From Monocercomonoides exilis PA203 (taxonomy: Eukaryota > Protista > Preaxostyla), in assembly GCA_001643675.2 (NCBI GenBank), contig LSRY02000014.1, forward strand, positions 248,001 to 312,000: a DNA stretch of 64,000 nucleotides, in the 5' to 3' direction. Of the stretch, positions 63,589 through 64,000 are shown piece by piece. The first letter of the stretch is position 1. Each line of letters starts with the position of its first letter. The notes beneath the pieces are model-generated. The model was given only the letters and a program-made list of their open reading frames with translations, was not told the origin of the DNA and did not search any database. The position numbers and the translations under genes were made by a program.

Positions 63589-63947
63589 CTACCAACTTAC
63601 TGGCTCAAGCAATTTTCGATCGGGTTGAGTGAGACCTGATATTTTTCCAAACGAAACAACTGAACACTTTGAATCTCTTCCGAACAGATGAAACTACAAA
63701 TGATTTTCGATATAATAACCAAATGATTGTCTAACAAAATTTCTCATTGAAAAAACAAACCCCAAAAACGGTTTCCTTCGGAACATTACATAAATACAGT
63801 TTCTGAAGACTTCCATTAACATAAAAATGTGCCTGCGATACTTTTTCACTGCGGTTGAAGGGGATATCGACTTCAATAGTGATAATGTCTCCTGCATCGA
63901 ATATTTTCATTCCAGGTGTAATATGACCTCGATGTGCAATGCATCCA
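63589..63947 (-). CDS. 3' exons of a SPRY/B30.2-like domain protein (5' part lies beyond the window)
   Basis: Acceptor TTTGCAG ends at 63948. Exon 63947-63761 reads GCIAHRGHITPGMKIFDAGDIITIEVDIPFNRSEKVSQAHFYVNGSLQKLYLCNVPKETVFG. Intron GTTTGT...TTGTAG at 63760-63694. The last exon reads FHLFGRDSKCSVVSFGKISGLTQPDRKLLEPVSW*. 'F..GD.I.I.VD...FYVNG' is SPRY-like. Confidence 0.72.
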
Positions 63948-64000
63948 CTGCAAAGAAAAATTTGAGAAATTATAATATTTTAGCAAATTTGAAGTTGGGA

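Noticed and set aside
1-64000. tRNA, rRNA, CRISPR arrays, prokaryotic operons
   Set aside because: None seen by eye; the sequence is eukaryotic. Covariance-model searches were not run.

Overview
Eukaryotic, AT-rich, intron-containing protist DNA using the standard genetic code (host genes stop at TAA/TAG/TGA). The gene style (short GT-AG introns, giant poly-Ser proteins, giant Cys/Gly-rich receptor-pseudokinases) suggests an oxymonad such as Monocercomonoides; this is inference. The window has three parts. (1) 0.7-36.4 kb: six tightly packed minus-strand genes: an SLC38/AAAP amino-acid transporter, a DHHC palmitoyltransferase, a helical hypothetical protein, a spliced 49-aa acidic microprotein, a 2823-aa disordered protein ending in three CCHC zinc knuckles, and a ~6000-aa WDR7/Rabconnectin-3beta-like gene that the ORF track splits into three ORFs. 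(2) 36.5-49 kb: a DNA-transposon island. Its main element is 7.2 kb, has ~75-bp TIRs, GG..CC ends and an exact 8-bp TSD, shows no recognisable transposase, and carries two fused gene remnants (a Pack-type element). The island also holds two MITE families (AT-flanked; 4-bp TSD) and a PIF/Harbinger-ISL2EU transposase with one nonsense codon. (3) 50-64 kb: a ~4080-aa surface receptor-pseudokinase gene broken by two frameshifts (one in an (AT)6 tract), a foldback palindrome, and the 3' end of a SPRY-like gene missed by the ORF track. All intron and family calls were made by eye; no database searches were run.
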